The notes under the pieces: generated by a model
Database searches by the model: none
Seen by the model: the letters and a program-made list of their open reading frames with translations, nothing else
Told to the model about the DNA's origin: nothing
Shown: positions 29,185-40,093 of the stretch, in pieces
Position numbering within the stretch: position 1 is the first letter of the stretch
Layout of the letters: each line of letters begins with the position of its first letter
Assembly: GCA_047285305.1 (NCBI GenBank)
Contig: JBJBDL010000003.1
Location: forward strand, 704,001 to 768,000
Direction of reading: 5' to 3'
From: Synechococcus sp.
GTDB lineage: Bacteria; Cyanobacteriota; Cyanobacteriia; PCC-6307; Cyanobiaceae
Length of the DNA: 64,000 nt
Program-made: the position numbers and the translations under genes

Positions 29185-29301
29185 GGATCAGCCTGGCTGG
29201 AGATACCTCTCAATCGGTATCAGCTGTTCACAAACCCTGAGCCCAATGGCCTGAACTCAGGCCAGTGTCTGATCTAATGGTGGTCACCTCCGTACTTTCA
29301 C

Positions 29302-29394
29302 ATGGGCGTCGGCATATATCTCGGCCTGGTTGGTTCCGGTCTGGTGACGGCTTTTGTGCTCACCAAGCTGCTGAAGGGAATCAAGCTCATCTGA
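29302..29394 (+). CDS. petL: Cytochrome b6f subunit 6 (PetL), 30 aa
   Basis: [30 protein letters not shown]; single TM with C-terminal 'IKLI'. Confidence 0.85.
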   Translation: MGVGIYLGLVGSGLVTAFVLTKLLKGIKLI

Positions 29395-30610
29395 GCGGGT
29401 CCAACGTCTTCGCTCCTCGCTTTCGTATCCAGACCACAGCCACAGCAGCGCTGAGGCCACCCGTGACTGCGAAAGCCGTTGAGAGATTGGTGAACATCAC
29501 CATCAGGGCAACGATCAATCCACTTAGCCCGCCACCGCCGAGGAAGGCGATCTGGCTGAGCCCAGCCATCCGGCCTCGCATCACTTGCGGTGAGCCGATC
29601 TGACTGATCAGGTTGCAGCTGCTTAGCAGTCCGGCTGTGCCAGCGCCGATCAGAAAGGCCATGGCCAGACTGAATACAGGCCCAGGAGTGCGGGCCATAC
29701 CCATTTGGGCCACTGCGGTAATCAAGCCAAACCCCCCGAGAGTGAGGAAAGGGCGCCGGCAGAAACGCTGGCTGTTGCGTTGCAGCACCAGTCCGCCAAC
29801 GATGCTGCCGCCCGCAAGCACGCTGGTGAACAGCCCCAGATCCGTGGGATTGGGCCCCAGTTGATCGAAGGCGATCAGCGGGGCCAGTCCCGGGTGATAG
29901 AACCCGATCAGACACAGCACAGCGGTGAAGCTGAGCACCCCCTGAAGGGTTCCACCGCAGTGGTGCCAGGCATTGAGGAGGCTGGCGTCTTGACCGACGC
30001 TGCTGCGCACTTCCCGATCCCGATTCGGGTTGAGAAAGAACATCACACTGGCGATTGGCAGCAGATAGCTGGCCGCATCAATGCCCAGGGCCCAGACCGG
30101 GCCAGTGGCCGCCAGCAACAACCCGCCGATCGGGGGGCCTACCAGCTTGCCCACGTTGAAGACCACCGAAAAGCTGGTGAGGTAGCCCGCCAGCTGTTCT
30201 GGCCGCTCCACCAGGATCGAGCAGTACTTGTTGCGGGCCGTTAACTCATAGGCACCGGCAATGCCCACCAAAAGTGTGCTGCAGAGCAGTAGCAGCACCT
30301 GGGCTGTGCCCTCCAACAGGGGAATCGCCAGGGCCCCCAGGCCAGAGGCAGTCAACAGTGCCCATTGCGCTTGCACCAGCACCCGTTCACAGCCCACCCG
30401 GTCGGTGCGCACCCCCGCTGGACCACTCACCAGCAAGCTTGGAAGTGAAAGAGCGGCGAAGTTCAACGCCAGCACGAAAGGGTCCACGCCCCCTTTCATC
30501 AGAATCCAGCCCTTGGCGGTGATGCCGGCAAAAGAACCCGCCGTGCTCACGCCGGAGGCGATCAGAAAAAGCTGGCGTTGCTGTTCGGCCCGCAGTTTGA
30601 GAAGGGTCAA
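29387..30610 (-). CDS. MFS transporter
   Basis: About 12 TM; 'AGVRTDRVG', '[13 protein letters not shown]', 'MRGRM'. Confidence 0.85.
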   Translation of the reverse strand: MTLLKLRAEQQRQLFLIASGVSTAGSFAGITAKGWILMKGGVDPFVLALNFAALSLPSLLVSGPAGVRTDRVGCERVLVQAQWALLTASGLGALAIPLLEGTAQVLLLLCSTLLVGIAGAYELTARNKYCSILVERPEQLAGYLTSFSVVFNVGKLVGPPIGGLLLAATGPVWALGIDAASYLLPIASVMFFLNPNRDREVRSSVGQDASLLNAWHHCGGTLQGVLSFTAVLCLIGFYHPGLAPLIAFDQLGPNPTDLGLFTSVLAGGSIVGGLVLQRNSQRFCRRPFLTLGGFGLITAVAQMGMARTPGPVFSLAMAFLIGAGTAGLLSSCNLISQIGSPQVMRGRMAGLSQIAFLGGGGLSGLIVALMVMFTNLSTAFAVTGGLSAAVAVVWIRKRGAKTLDPLR

Positions 30611-31983
30611 CCCTGGCGTTTCGCTGCGGCCACCATGGCGCGGGCGCCAACAATCCTCCCGCTGAGGTCGTAAATGTCAGCCCCGGTGATCTCCACCGGC
30701 ACCAGGCTGCCCGGCGCGGCCTGTTGACCATCGGCGCCGGGTTGCACCTGCACTTCACCATCCACTTCGGGTGCAAAGCGGGCGCAGCGCCCGATCATCT
30801 CGCCGGTTTGCGGGTTGTGCTGTTCGATCAGCACGTCAACAGTGCGCCCCACCCAGCGGCTGTTGCGTTCCTCCGAAATGGGTTGTTGCAGAGCCATCAG
30901 GGCATCCTTGCGGGCTTGGGCGACCTCGGGATCGACGCGATCGGGTAGGTCCGCCGCTGCTGTGCCGTCCTCTGGCGAAAAAGTGAACACCCCAACATGA
31001 TCGAAGCGTTGGCGCTCGAGGAAGCCCATCAGGTGCTGGAAGTGCTGCTCTGTTTCGCCGGGGAACCCCACGATCAACGTGGTGCGTAGCACCGCATCGG
31101 GGAGTTGGTCGCGGATTTGATCCAGCAGGCGGTCGTTCACATCCGCCTGCCAGGGGCGGTTCATCGCCCGCAGCACCTCCGGATGGCTGTGCTGCAACGG
31201 CAGATCCAGATAAGGCACCACATTGGGCACCTCCCGGTAGGCCGCCAGCACGTCTGGGGTCAGCCCTGTGGGATAGGCGTAGTGCACCCGGATCCAGGGG
31301 ATCTCCACGTCGCCAAGGGCTCGCAGCAGTTCCGCCAGCTTGGGTTTGCCGTAGAGGTCAAGGCCGTAGTTGGTGGTGATCTGACTGATCAGGATCAGTT
31401 CCTGCACCCCTTGTGCCGCCAGTTGGTGGGCTTCAGCCACGATTGATTCGATCGGTCGACTGCGCTGATCCCCTCGCAGTTTCGGAATGATGCAGAAGGC
31501 GCAGCGGTAGTCGCAGCCTTCGGCCACCTTGAGGAAGGCCACCGCCTGGTCGGTGGTGCGTTGGCGTGGCAGGTGTTCGTCACCCACAAAGGTGGGAACG
31601 GCGCTGACCTGGTTCACCCGCTCCCCCGCCTCCACCCGCTGCAACACATCCACGATGTGCTGGTAGTCGCCGGTTCCCACGATGGCTTTGGCCTCGGGGA
31701 TGGACTCCAGCAACTCCTCCTGGAAATGTTGGGCCAGGCATCCAGCGATTATCAATTCCTTGCCCTGTTCCGCCAGTCCCACCAGGGTGCGCACCGATTC
31801 TTCGCGGGCGTCCTGGATGAAGCTGCAGGTGTTCACCACCACAACGGCGGCATCCCGTTCATCGGTGCTGACGCCATAGCCCGCTTCTGCCAGCAGCCCC
31901 ACCATGTGTTCAGTATCTACCCGATTCTTTTCGCAGCCCAGGTGGGCAAAGGCGACCGTCGGTTTCGTTGGGGTGCTTGTCAT
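30607..31983 (-). CDS. rimO: Ribosomal protein S12 methylthiotransferase
   Basis: 'LGCEKNRVD', 'CDYRCAFC', 'APEVDG' TRAM domain. Confidence 0.95.
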   Translation of the reverse strand: MTSTPTKPTVAFAHLGCEKNRVDTEHMVGLLAEAGYGVSTDERDAAVVVVNTCSFIQDAREESVRTLVGLAEQGKELIIAGCLAQHFQEELLESIPEAKAIVGTGDYQHIVDVLQRVEAGERVNQVSAVPTFVGDEHLPRQRTTDQAVAFLKVAEGCDYRCAFCIIPKLRGDQRSRPIESIVAEAHQLAAQGVQELILISQITTNYGLDLYGKPKLAELLRALGDVEIPWIRVHYAYPTGLTPDVLAAYREVPNVVPYLDLPLQHSHPEVLRAMNRPWQADVNDRLLDQIRDQLPDAVLRTTLIVGFPGETEQHFQHLMGFLERQRFDHVGVFTFSPEDGTAAADLPDRVDPEVAQARKDALMALQQPISEERNSRWVGRTVDVLIEQHNPQTGEMIGRCARFAPEVDGEVQVQPGADGQQAAPGSLVPVEITGADIYDLSGRIVGARAMVAAAKRQG

Positions 31984-32068
31984 CACGTCGCCGGCAGGCC
32001 AAAGATCAGCCTACGAAGCGGCCTGATCACGCCGGAACTGACAGAATCCGATCACTTGAAGTTCAAGG

Positions 32069-32998
32069 ATGGGCACCACCCGTCTCGTCAGCCGTCGCCG
32101 TCAGGATTCCGGCGCTAAGTGGGCCCGTATCGCCATGGCGGTGCTGGCCACCGCTGGGCTGATCGACACCGGTTCGATCACGCTGAAGCGATGGGGTCTG
32201 CTCGGCAACCTCACCTGTCCGATGGGAGCCGACGGTTGTGACAAGGTGCTTAACAGCGCCTGGGGCACGGTGTTCGCCGGGATTCCGCTCTCGTTGGTGG
32301 GGGTGCTGGCCTATGGCGCGATGCTGCTTATGGCGCTGCTGCCCCTGTTGCCAGGGCTGCAAGAGAACAAGGGCGACCTGTCCCGCCGCACCTGGTGGGG
32401 TCTGTTCACCGTATCTCTCGGTATGGCCGTCTTCAGCGGTGTGCTGTTGGGGGTGATGCTGCTCAAGATCCAGGCCTTCTGTTTTTTCTGTGTTCTTTCA
32501 GCTGCGCTGTCCCTCGCCCTGTTTGTGCTGTCCATCGTTGGTGGTGGTTGGGACGACTTGGGGCAGCTCGCTTTTCGCGGCGTGCTTCTGGCCCTGGCGG
32601 TGCTGCTGGGGGGCTTGATCTGGGCGTCGGTGGTGGATCCAGACCGGCCCGACACTGTGGTCAGCGGATCCGGCGTTGCACCCGTTGTCACCACCGAGAG
32701 CACGTCAGCTTCGATCGCCTTGGCTGAGCACCTCACCAGCAGCGGCGCCGTGATGTATTCCGCTTACTGGTGCCCCCACTGCCACGAACAGAAGGAGCTG
32801 TTCGGCAAGCAGGCCTCGGATCAGCTGAACGTGGTGGAGTGTGCGCCGGACGGTGAGAACAACCAGGCCGATCTTTGCCGCAGCAAGGGATTGGAGGGTT
32901 TCCCCAGTTGGGAGATCAACGGCAGCATCGATTCCGGGGTGAAAGGGCTCAACACTCTTTCGGAACTCAGTGGCTACGAGGGCGAAACCGACTTCTGA
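32069..32998 (+). CDS. VKOR-thioredoxin fusion (disulfide bond formation)
   Basis: VKOR 'CPMGADGCDKVL', 'CFFC'; C-terminal 'WCPHC'. Confidence 0.9.
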   Translation: MGTTRLVSRRRQDSGAKWARIAMAVLATAGLIDTGSITLKRWGLLGNLTCPMGADGCDKVLNSAWGTVFAGIPLSLVGVLAYGAMLLMALLPLLPGLQENKGDLSRRTWWGLFTVSLGMAVFSGVLLGVMLLKIQAFCFFCVLSAALSLALFVLSIVGGGWDDLGQLAFRGVLLALAVLLGGLIWASVVDPDRPDTVVSGSGVAPVVTTESTSASIALAEHLTSSGAVMYSAYWCPHCHEQKELFGKQASDQLNVVECAPDGENNQADLCRSKGLEGFPSWEINGSIDSGVKGLNTLSELSGYEGETDF

Positions 32999-33011
32999 AT
33001 CAGGACTGCCC

Positions 33012-34670
33012 TTAGTCCCGGACGGCACGGGTGACGATGCCCCGTTGCCGTTGTTGCCGGGAATGCTGCCTCCATTGCGGTAGCGGAGCAGGAGCATCGC
33101 TGCGGTAGTGGCCTCCCCGGCTTTCTCCGCGAAACAGGCAGGCCTCCAGCATCAGACGGCTGGTCAGCAACCTGTGGCTGAGATCCAGCAACAGGTTCAG
33201 ATCGCGTCGGCTGCTTTCGGCCAACAGCCTGGGGGCACAGGGGTCTTGCCGTAGCAGGGCCTGAAGCAGTGCCTGCTGCTCCAGACGTTGTTCGTCGGCT
33301 TGCACTTTGCCGATGGCCTGGCGCAGTCCAGCGGCGGATCGTTCAACCCCCGCCCGTCGCCAGCAGAGATGCCGCAGCTGCTCGATGGCGTCGATCAAGT
33401 GCGAACTGCTGCAGCCGTCGAGGTCCAAGGCAAGCGGTTGCGTTGTGTCGCTGGCGAGGGCTGCTGGGACGGGCCCGAGCTCGATCTCTTTGAGGCGATG
33501 GGCGAACACCAGGCACTCCATCAGGGAGTTGCTGGCCAGTCGGTTAGCGCCATGCAGGCCTGTGCAGGCCACTTCTCCCACGGCATAGAGCCCTGGCAGT
33601 GTGGTGGCGGCACTCAGGTCTGTGGCCACCCCTCCCATCCAGTAGTGGGCGGCTGGGGCCACGGGGATTGGCCGTTCCAATGGATTCAATCCGAGTTCGT
33701 CGCAGCGGTCCAGGATCGTTGGGAAGCGTCGCTCCGCTTGTTCCCGAGGGATGGCGGCAAAGTCGAGCCACATCTGTTTCACCTCCTGCCGCTGCATGGC
33801 CTGCATCAAGGCTCGGCTCACCTGGTCCCGCGGTGAGAGGTCGCGTTGGGGCAGATGGGCCACAGGGCTGCCCCCGAGGGCATCCACCAGCACGCCGCCC
33901 TCTCCGCGAACGGCTTCGGAGATCAGAAAGCAGGGGGCGTCATCTAGGCGAATGGCCGTTGGATGAAACTGAACGAATTCCAGATCTTCCACGGCTGCGC
34001 CTGCCTGCCAGGCGAGGGCGATGCCTTCGCCACAGGCCTGGGCTGGGTTGGTGGTGTTGGCGTACAGATGACCACCACCGCCGCTGGCCAATACCACCGC
34101 GCGGGCTTCGATCCCGTGAAGATGGGCCCCATCCAGCACCTGCACGCCGCAACAACGCCCATCGCGTACCAGCAGCTGCGTCACGCGCACGCCGCGGCGA
34201 TGCAGCAATCTTGGCCGTTGCTCAACACGATCCCGCAGCACATCCACCAGGGCTCGCCCTGTGCGGTCTTGTACATGCAGCACTCGTCTGTGGCTGTGGG
34301 CTGCTTCCAGGGTGGTGGCCAGACCGTCCTGATCCCGGTCGAAGGCCATGCCCAGCTGCTCCAGGCGCTCAACGCAATGGGGTGCCTCTTGCACTAACAG
34401 CCGCACCGCATCGCCATCGCAAAGGCCGGCTCCAGCCAGAACGGTGTCCTCCGCATGGCTGTCGGCGCTGTCCTCCTTGCGGGTCACCGCGGCAATGCCC
34501 CCCTGGGCCCAGCGGCTGGAAGAACGCCGTCCCGTGTTGCGGTTGAGCAGTAACACCTTGAACTCTGGCGGCAGATCAAGGCAGGTCATCAACCCAGCCG
34601 CCCCGGCACCGATAACCACCACGTCCCAGGGACCTGAGGGGATGGGATCAGAGCTGCGGGGCTGGGCCAT
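33012..34670 (-). CDS. nadB: L-aspartate oxidase
   Basis: 'IGAGAAG', 'WAQGGIAA', 'FVQFHPT', 'HGANRLASNSL'. Confidence 0.95.
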   Translation of the reverse strand: MAQPRSSDPIPSGPWDVVVIGAGAAGLMTCLDLPPEFKVLLLNRNTGRRSSSRWAQGGIAAVTRKEDSADSHAEDTVLAGAGLCDGDAVRLLVQEAPHCVERLEQLGMAFDRDQDGLATTLEAAHSHRRVLHVQDRTGRALVDVLRDRVEQRPRLLHRRGVRVTQLLVRDGRCCGVQVLDGAHLHGIEARAVVLASGGGGHLYANTTNPAQACGEGIALAWQAGAAVEDLEFVQFHPTAIRLDDAPCFLISEAVRGEGGVLVDALGGSPVAHLPQRDLSPRDQVSRALMQAMQRQEVKQMWLDFAAIPREQAERRFPTILDRCDELGLNPLERPIPVAPAAHYWMGGVATDLSAATTLPGLYAVGEVACTGLHGANRLASNSLMECLVFAHRLKEIELGPVPAALASDTTQPLALDLDGCSSSHLIDAIEQLRHLCWRRAGVERSAAGLRQAIGKVQADEQRLEQQALLQALLRQDPCAPRLLAESSRRDLNLLLDLSHRLLTSRLMLEACLFRGESRGGHYRSDAPAPLPQWRQHSRQQRQRGIVTRAVRD

Positions 34671-34679
34671 CACGAGGAC

Positions 34680-34706
34680 AAAAAAACCGCCGGTGGACCG
34701 GCGGTT
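34680..34706 (-). terminator. Terminator after psbU
   Basis: Minus strand AACCGCCGGT-CC-ACCGGCGGTT followed by T run. Confidence 0.85.
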
Positions 34707-34740
34707 CAAGCAGTCACAACCAGTGTGACGGGGTCATGAA

Positions 34741-35148
34741 TCAGCGGTATTGGCCGTCGTTGATACGGTCGTCGCCCTCGTTCAGAGCAATGGAGGGAGG
34801 GGTAACGGTGAAGTTGTCGCGGTACTTCGCGAACAGCTCCTGCTGACGCTCAGTTAGATCAAGAGACAGCACGTCGTCAACGCTGTCGTAAGGGCCACCC
34901 AGCACGATCTTGCCGGCCATGGTCGGGTACATCCCGGGGAACTGCTGGAAACGGCGCACGGAGGAATTGTTCAAATCCACCTTGCCGTCCCGTGCTGCAA
35001 TTTTGTCATCCGCGATGTTGCGGATCTCATTGCCGGAATACTTGTTGCGAAGGTCGTCGTCGGCATAGACGCTGCTCGGAAGCACGAGGCCTGCCATCAG
35101 GCTCGCCATCACTAGTGCGCCGGTCAGCCAGCTCAGAAGCCGCTTCAT
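34741..35148 (-). CDS. psbU: Photosystem II 12 kDa extrinsic protein
   Basis: 'KVDLNNSSVR..F...PGMYPT', 'DRINDGQY'. Confidence 0.95.
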   Translation of the reverse strand: MKRLLSWLTGALVMASLMAGLVLPSSVYADDDLRNKYSGNEIRNIADDKIAARDGKVDLNNSSVRRFQQFPGMYPTMAGKIVLGGPYDSVDDVLSLDLTERQQELFAKYRDNFTVTPPSIALNEGDDRINDGQYR

Positions 35149-35260
35149 CTCAACTCTCGATCAGGGGTCGGAACGGGTCGACCGGCAGTGCCGGCTCCGG
35201 AAGACTACAAGTCGTTGCGCCGTTCGAACCCTTGAACCGGTGCAGCTTTTGCAGTTCGTT

Positions 35261-35971
35261 TCACTCGATCAGGCCACTGAGCCCGGGCTGCAGCAAGGCT
35301 GAGAGCAAGAACAAGCCATCCACCCAAAGGGTGGTGATCAAGACGGCAGCGGCCATGGATCCCGCATCACCGGTGAAACCGCCGCTGTTCCTGCTCAGGC
35401 GACGTCCAGCCAAAAGAACGAGAACTGCTGAGATCACCAGAGTGAACAGAGGCAGGGGCTGAAGCAGATGCGTCCCCGCTTGATGCAGCAGTAGCGGCGC
35501 TTGATCGAGGGAGGCTGTCACCACTGCGGGCCAGAACTGCATCACGCCGGTGGCCGCCATGGCCAGGTCGGTGCAAGCTGTGCCCACCAGGGAAGATAAA
35601 TAAAATGTGGCTGCCAGGCGCCAGCGCCCCTGCAGGCCGCCCAAGGCCATGGGCACGGCGAAGGCTTCCACCGGTATGTGCAGAACGGGATGGGCTCGCA
35701 GCCAACCCCAGAAAATGCACCCTGCCAGCCAGCTGCCGCTGAAACCCACAAGCAGGGAACCCAGGTCGGATGTTGTCTGGGAGCGGCTCTGATGCATAAC
35801 CAGTCCGGCTGCAACCAGAACTCCGGTGAACAAGGTGGCTGAGAACGGATCCAGCCTCACCCAGGGGGCTTGCAGGAACACCGGGAGGACCACCATCGCA
35901 GCTGCGATGCGGGCCACGGGAAAGGACCACGACCGAGCGGGGGCTGATGTTTGCCAGGTGCCGCCGATCAA
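35261..35971 (-). CDS. DUF3120 membrane protein
   Basis: 'PVFLQAPWVR', 'WLAGCIFWGWLR..P..HIPVEA'. Confidence 0.8.
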   Translation of the reverse strand: MIGGTWQTSAPARSWSFPVARIAAAMVVLPVFLQAPWVRLDPFSATLFTGVLVAAGLVMHQSRSQTTSDLGSLLVGFSGSWLAGCIFWGWLRAHPVLHIPVEAFAVPMALGGLQGRWRLAATFYLSSLVGTACTDLAMAATGVMQFWPAVVTASLDQAPLLLHQAGTHLLQPLPLFTLVISAVLVLLAGRRLSRNSGGFTGDAGSMAAAVLITTLWVDGLFLLSALLQPGLSGLIE

Positions 35972-36081
35972 ATGTCCTTTATGAAGAAAGTCACGGAACC
36001 TTAGAAGACATCATCAAGTGACGCGGCGGACATGACCGCTTTTCCGGCCGGGGATAGCGTCAGAGCGACACTCCTACGTTG

Positions 36082-36945
36082 ATGGCGGACCCCTCTGCAT
36101 CACTCACCCTGCTTGAGGCCTGCTGGCATGACCTGGTGTTGGGGGTGGTTCAAGGACTCACTGAATTTCTGCCGATCAGCAGCACCGCTCATTTGAAGGT
36201 GGTTCCTGAGCTCCTGGGTTGGGGCGATCCGGGTGTCTCCGTGATCGCTGCCATTCAGTTGGGCAGCATCGTTGCCGTTATCGCTTATTTCCGCACTGAT
36301 CTCAACCAGGTGCTGCGGGGCATCAGCCTCGCCTTTTGCAATGGCCAGTGGCGCGAACCCGAGGTGCGTCTCGGGTTCGCCATGTTGGTTGGCACCCTGC
36401 CGATCTTGCTGATCGGATTAGGGATCAAATTCGCTTGGGCCCAGGGCTACGAACAGTCACCCCTGCGCAGTGTTCCCTGTATCGCCATCGTCTCGATTGT
36501 GATGGCGTTGCTGCTGGCCTTGGCGGAACGGGTCGGCGCACGGCGCAAGCAGCTTTCAGGGGTTTCAGGCCGCGATGGCCTGTTGGTGGGGCTGGCCCAG
36601 GCCCTCGCATTGATCCCAGGGGTCTCGCGTTCCGGCAGCACTCTTACTGCGGCCCTGTTCGACGGTTGGCAGCGTGCTGATGCAGCCCGCTTTTCCTTCC
36701 TTTTGGGCATTCCCGCCATCACTATCGCGGGTCTGGTGGAGCTCAAGAATGCTCTGGCCTCCAGCCCTGGCAACGGTCCCCTGCCGTTGCTGGTCGGAAT
36801 TGGTTCGGCTGCAGTGGTTTCATGGCTGGCGATTGATTGGTTGCTGAAGTTCCTGCAGCGCAACAGCACCTGGGTCTTCGTCGCTTACCGGTTGCTGTTC
36901 GGGCTGCTGCTGCTGGCCTGGTGGGGCGTTCACGGCGCAAACTGA
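36082..36945 (+). CDS. uppP: Undecaprenyl-diphosphatase
   Basis: 'QGLTEFLPISSTAHL', 'PGVSRSGST'. Confidence 0.95.
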   Translation: MADPSASLTLLEACWHDLVLGVVQGLTEFLPISSTAHLKVVPELLGWGDPGVSVIAAIQLGSIVAVIAYFRTDLNQVLRGISLAFCNGQWREPEVRLGFAMLVGTLPILLIGLGIKFAWAQGYEQSPLRSVPCIAIVSIVMALLLALAERVGARRKQLSGVSGRDGLLVGLAQALALIPGVSRSGSTLTAALFDGWQRADAARFSFLLGIPAITIAGLVELKNALASSPGNGPLPLLVGIGSAAVVSWLAIDWLLKFLQRNSTWVFVAYRLLFGLLLLAWWGVHGAN

Positions 36946-36964
36946 GTTCAGATGAAGCCGGCTT

Positions 36965-38350
36965 GTGTGGAATGAGCCATCCGCCGGGGTTGCCGTTGCA
37001 GCTCTGGATCCAAGTAGCAGTAGTCGTCAACCGCAGCCCGCGGTGGTCGCCTCCGTCGAGTCTGGCTCGATCGGGGAGGAGTTGGGTTTTGAGCCGGGTG
37101 ATCAGTTGCTCAGCATCAATGGCATTCGCCCGCGCGATCTGATCGATTACCGCTACCTCTGCGTGGAGGAGGAGCTTTGCCTTGAGGTGCGTGATGCAAA
37201 AGGTGCGCTGCATCGGGTGGAGTTGGAAAAGGATGCCGATGACGGCCTTGGGCTGGCTTTCACGGAGGCTCTGTTCGATGGCTTGCGCCAGTGCAACAAC
37301 AACTGTCCGTTCTGTTTCATCGATCAGCAGCCTCCGGGGCGGCGCGACAGCCTCTATCTCAAAGACGACGATTACCGGCTGAGTTTTCTCTATGGCTCCT
37401 ATCTGACGCTCACCAACCTGGGCGAGGCCGACTGGCAGCGAATTGAAGAGCAGCGTCTATCGCCTTTGTTCGTCTCGGTGCATGCCACGGATCCCGAGCT
37501 GCGTTCACGACTGTTGGTGAATCCGCGTGCTGCCCAGGTGATGGACCAGCTCGCCTGGTTTGATCAGCGTGATCTGCAAATCCATGCACAGGTGGTGGTT
37601 TGCCCGGGACTGAATGACGGCCGTGCCTTGGCGAGAACGCTGAACGACCTTGCCGCCTTCGCGGCTGGCCCCTGGCCGGCGGTGCTTTCTGCGGCGGTCG
37701 TGCCGGTGGGGCTCACCCGCTTCAGGCCGGCTGACGATGGCTTGGTTCCTGTGGATCCGGACTGCGCCCGCAGGGTGATTGCTCAGGTTGAACCCATGCA
37801 GCAGCACTTTCAGGAGGTTTTGGGCACCCGTTTCGCCTGGCTCTCCGATGAGTGGTACCTGGTTGCGGGATTGCCCTTGCCGCCCCGGGATAACTACGAG
37901 GATTTTCCGCAGCAGGAAAACGGCGTGGGCAGCATCCGTGCCTTCCTTGAAGCGTTGGATGCCGCAACTGAGGATTTGCCCAGCGCGGTTCCTCACCCCC
38001 GGCATTGCAGCTGGGTGGTCGGTCAGATCGTGGCGCAGGCGTTGCAGCCTGTGGCTGAACGGCTAAATGCTGTTGATGGCGTCGAGTTTCACCTGATCGG
38101 TTTGCCGAGTCCTTACTGGGGGCAGGAGCAAGTTGTGACTGGACTTCTGACGGGACAGGATCTGCTCACTGGCCTGCAGGGTCGAGATCTGGGCGATGAG
38201 CTGCTGCTGCCATCGGTGATGTTGCGGCAAGGGGAGCCCGTTTTTCTGGATGACATGACCCTGCAAGACCTAGTTGAACAGCTACCGGTCCCCATTCAGA
38301 TCGTGCATGGGGCGGCTGACGTCGTGGACTCAGTTTTGGGTGCGGTGTGA
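36965..38350 (+). CDS. TIGR03279 PDZ + radical SAM-like Fe-S protein (DUF512)
   Basis: N-terminal PDZ; 'CNNNCPFCF', 'KDDDYRLSFL', 'ENGVG'. Confidence 0.85.
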   Translation: MWNEPSAGVAVAALDPSSSSRQPQPAVVASVESGSIGEELGFEPGDQLLSINGIRPRDLIDYRYLCVEEELCLEVRDAKGALHRVELEKDADDGLGLAFTEALFDGLRQCNNNCPFCFIDQQPPGRRDSLYLKDDDYRLSFLYGSYLTLTNLGEADWQRIEEQRLSPLFVSVHATDPELRSRLLVNPRAAQVMDQLAWFDQRDLQIHAQVVVCPGLNDGRALARTLNDLAAFAAGPWPAVLSAAVVPVGLTRFRPADDGLVPVDPDCARRVIAQVEPMQQHFQEVLGTRFAWLSDEWYLVAGLPLPPRDNYEDFPQQENGVGSIRAFLEALDAATEDLPSAVPHPRHCSWVVGQIVAQALQPVAERLNAVDGVEFHLIGLPSPYWGQEQVVTGLLTGQDLLTGLQGRDLGDELLLPSVMLRQGEPVFLDDMTLQDLVEQLPVPIQIVHGAADVVDSVLGAV

Positions 38351-38386
38351 AAAAGTCCCTAGGCTCCTTGAAATTTCCTGGATACT

Positions 38387-40093
38387 GTGCGTCGGATCAC
38401 CGCGGGTATTTGTCTCGTAGCGGGCCTTGCTACCACCGGTGTTTCCCCTGCGCTAGGCGAAGACGCAGTTCAGGCTGAGTCGACTTTGTTTGATCAGGCC
38501 ACGCTTCCGGATGCGATCGATCTGAAGGGTGCTCGTCCCAAGGCTGATCCCTCTTTGATAGTTCCAGCAGTGGATGTTTTGCCGCCATCCCTCGAGCATC
38601 TGGAAGCACCTCCATCTTTGGCGCTTCCAGATGTTCCTTCTCAGGTGCGCATTCATGAGCTGCGTCCACTCACACTCGCAGAAGCACTTCAGCTGGCGGA
38701 AGTCAACAGTCCTCAGCTCAAAGTTGCGGCTAGTCAGGTGGATCAAGCCAAGTCATCTTTGCAAGCAGCTGTTGCGGCTTGGTATCCCACCATCGACCTG
38801 TCTGCGAACGGTCTACCTGAATACTTTGCTTTTTATTCCTATCGGAACCCAGATTTCGTCACCAACAACGAGACCTACGGTCGTCAGTGGCGGGTCAATG
38901 GCAGCTTGCAGGTGAGTTGGGATCTGATCAATCCCGCCCGTGTTCCTCAAATCGCTGCCGCTCGTGATCGCTTTGAGCGAGCCGGAGACTCGTATTTGAT
39001 TGCTCTTCGTGATCTTCGACTCGAGGTGCAGACTGCCTACTTTGCGCTGCAGCAAGCCGATGAGGGTGTGCGCATCGGCCAGGACTCTGTTAAAGCGTCA
39101 TTGGTGAGCTACCGCGATGCCCGGGCGCGCTTCAATGCAGGTGTGAATACAAAGCTGGAGGTCCTGGAATCGGAGACTCAGCTGGCGCGGGACCGCAATA
39201 TTCTGACTGCTAATCGGCGTGATCAGGAGACTCAGCGCCGCAACCTGGCCAGAGTGCTAGGACTTCCTCATGATGTCACTCCGACTGCCGCAACACCCGC
39301 GAGACCCTTGGGCCTTTGGGAGCCCACACTTCAGGAAAGCATTGTTGCTGCGTACAACTACAGCGAAGAGCTTGATCAACTGATCCTTGATATCTCAATC
39401 AACAACAGTCAAGCCAATGCGTCCCTGGCGGCAGTTCAGCCTGTCCTGAGTTTTGTGAATTCCACCTCGGCGTCGCGAACGGAAGGGCAAAACGGTCAGA
39501 CATCTCTTAGTGATATCGATATGGGGGATTTCACTTATGGCGTGCAAAACAGCACAGCGTTAACAGCGAGTTGGCGCTTGTTTGATGGTGGGCGTGCTCG
39601 TGCTGAATACAGGCGCTCTAAGCAGGCCGCGGAAGAAAGCCGCCTCAATTTTGCGAGAACTCGTGATCAGATCCGCTTTCAGGTTGAGAGAAGCTTTTTT
39701 GGTTTGCGAGCCGCCATTCAGAACATTGACACCACAGCCACTGAGGTTCTGTCATCAAAGGAATCCCTTCGGCTGTCTCAGCTGAGGGTTCAAGCGGGTG
39801 TTGGGGTCCAGAGAGAGGTGGTCAACAGCCAGCGTGATCTCACTCAGGCAGAATTGAAATATGCCCGTGCCCTTAACGATTACAACACCAATTTGGTGAC
39901 GCTTCAGCGCCGCACGGGCTTGGATGCCTTAATCGCCTGCAACGCGATCTCACTTTCGGGAAACAAGTCGGAATCCGATCCACATCCGATTCCGATTGAA
40001 CCCACGCCGCTGAAGACCGCTTGCCCATCAGTGGCTACCGATGTTTCGTCGGTCAATCAAACTGAGCTCAGTCCTGTTCAGCCTCTGTGGTGA
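38387..40093 (+). CDS. tolC: TolC family outer-membrane efflux protein
   Basis: Signal peptide; 'LTLAEALQLA..NSP', 'WRLFDGG' OEP repeats. Confidence 0.85.
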   Translation: MRRITAGICLVAGLATTGVSPALGEDAVQAESTLFDQATLPDAIDLKGARPKADPSLIVPAVDVLPPSLEHLEAPPSLALPDVPSQVRIHELRPLTLAEALQLAEVNSPQLKVAASQVDQAKSSLQAAVAAWYPTIDLSANGLPEYFAFYSYRNPDFVTNNETYGRQWRVNGSLQVSWDLINPARVPQIAAARDRFERAGDSYLIALRDLRLEVQTAYFALQQADEGVRIGQDSVKASLVSYRDARARFNAGVNTKLEVLESETQLARDRNILTANRRDQETQRRNLARVLGLPHDVTPTAATPARPLGLWEPTLQESIVAAYNYSEELDQLILDISINNSQANASLAAVQPVLSFVNSTSASRTEGQNGQTSLSDIDMGDFTYGVQNSTALTASWRLFDGGRARAEYRRSKQAAEESRLNFARTRDQIRFQVERSFFGLRAAIQNIDTTATEVLSSKESLRLSQLRVQAGVGVQREVVNSQRDLTQAELKYARALNDYNTNLVTLQRRTGLDALIACNAISLSGNKSESDPHPIPIEPTPLKTACPSVATDVSSVNQTELSPVQPLW

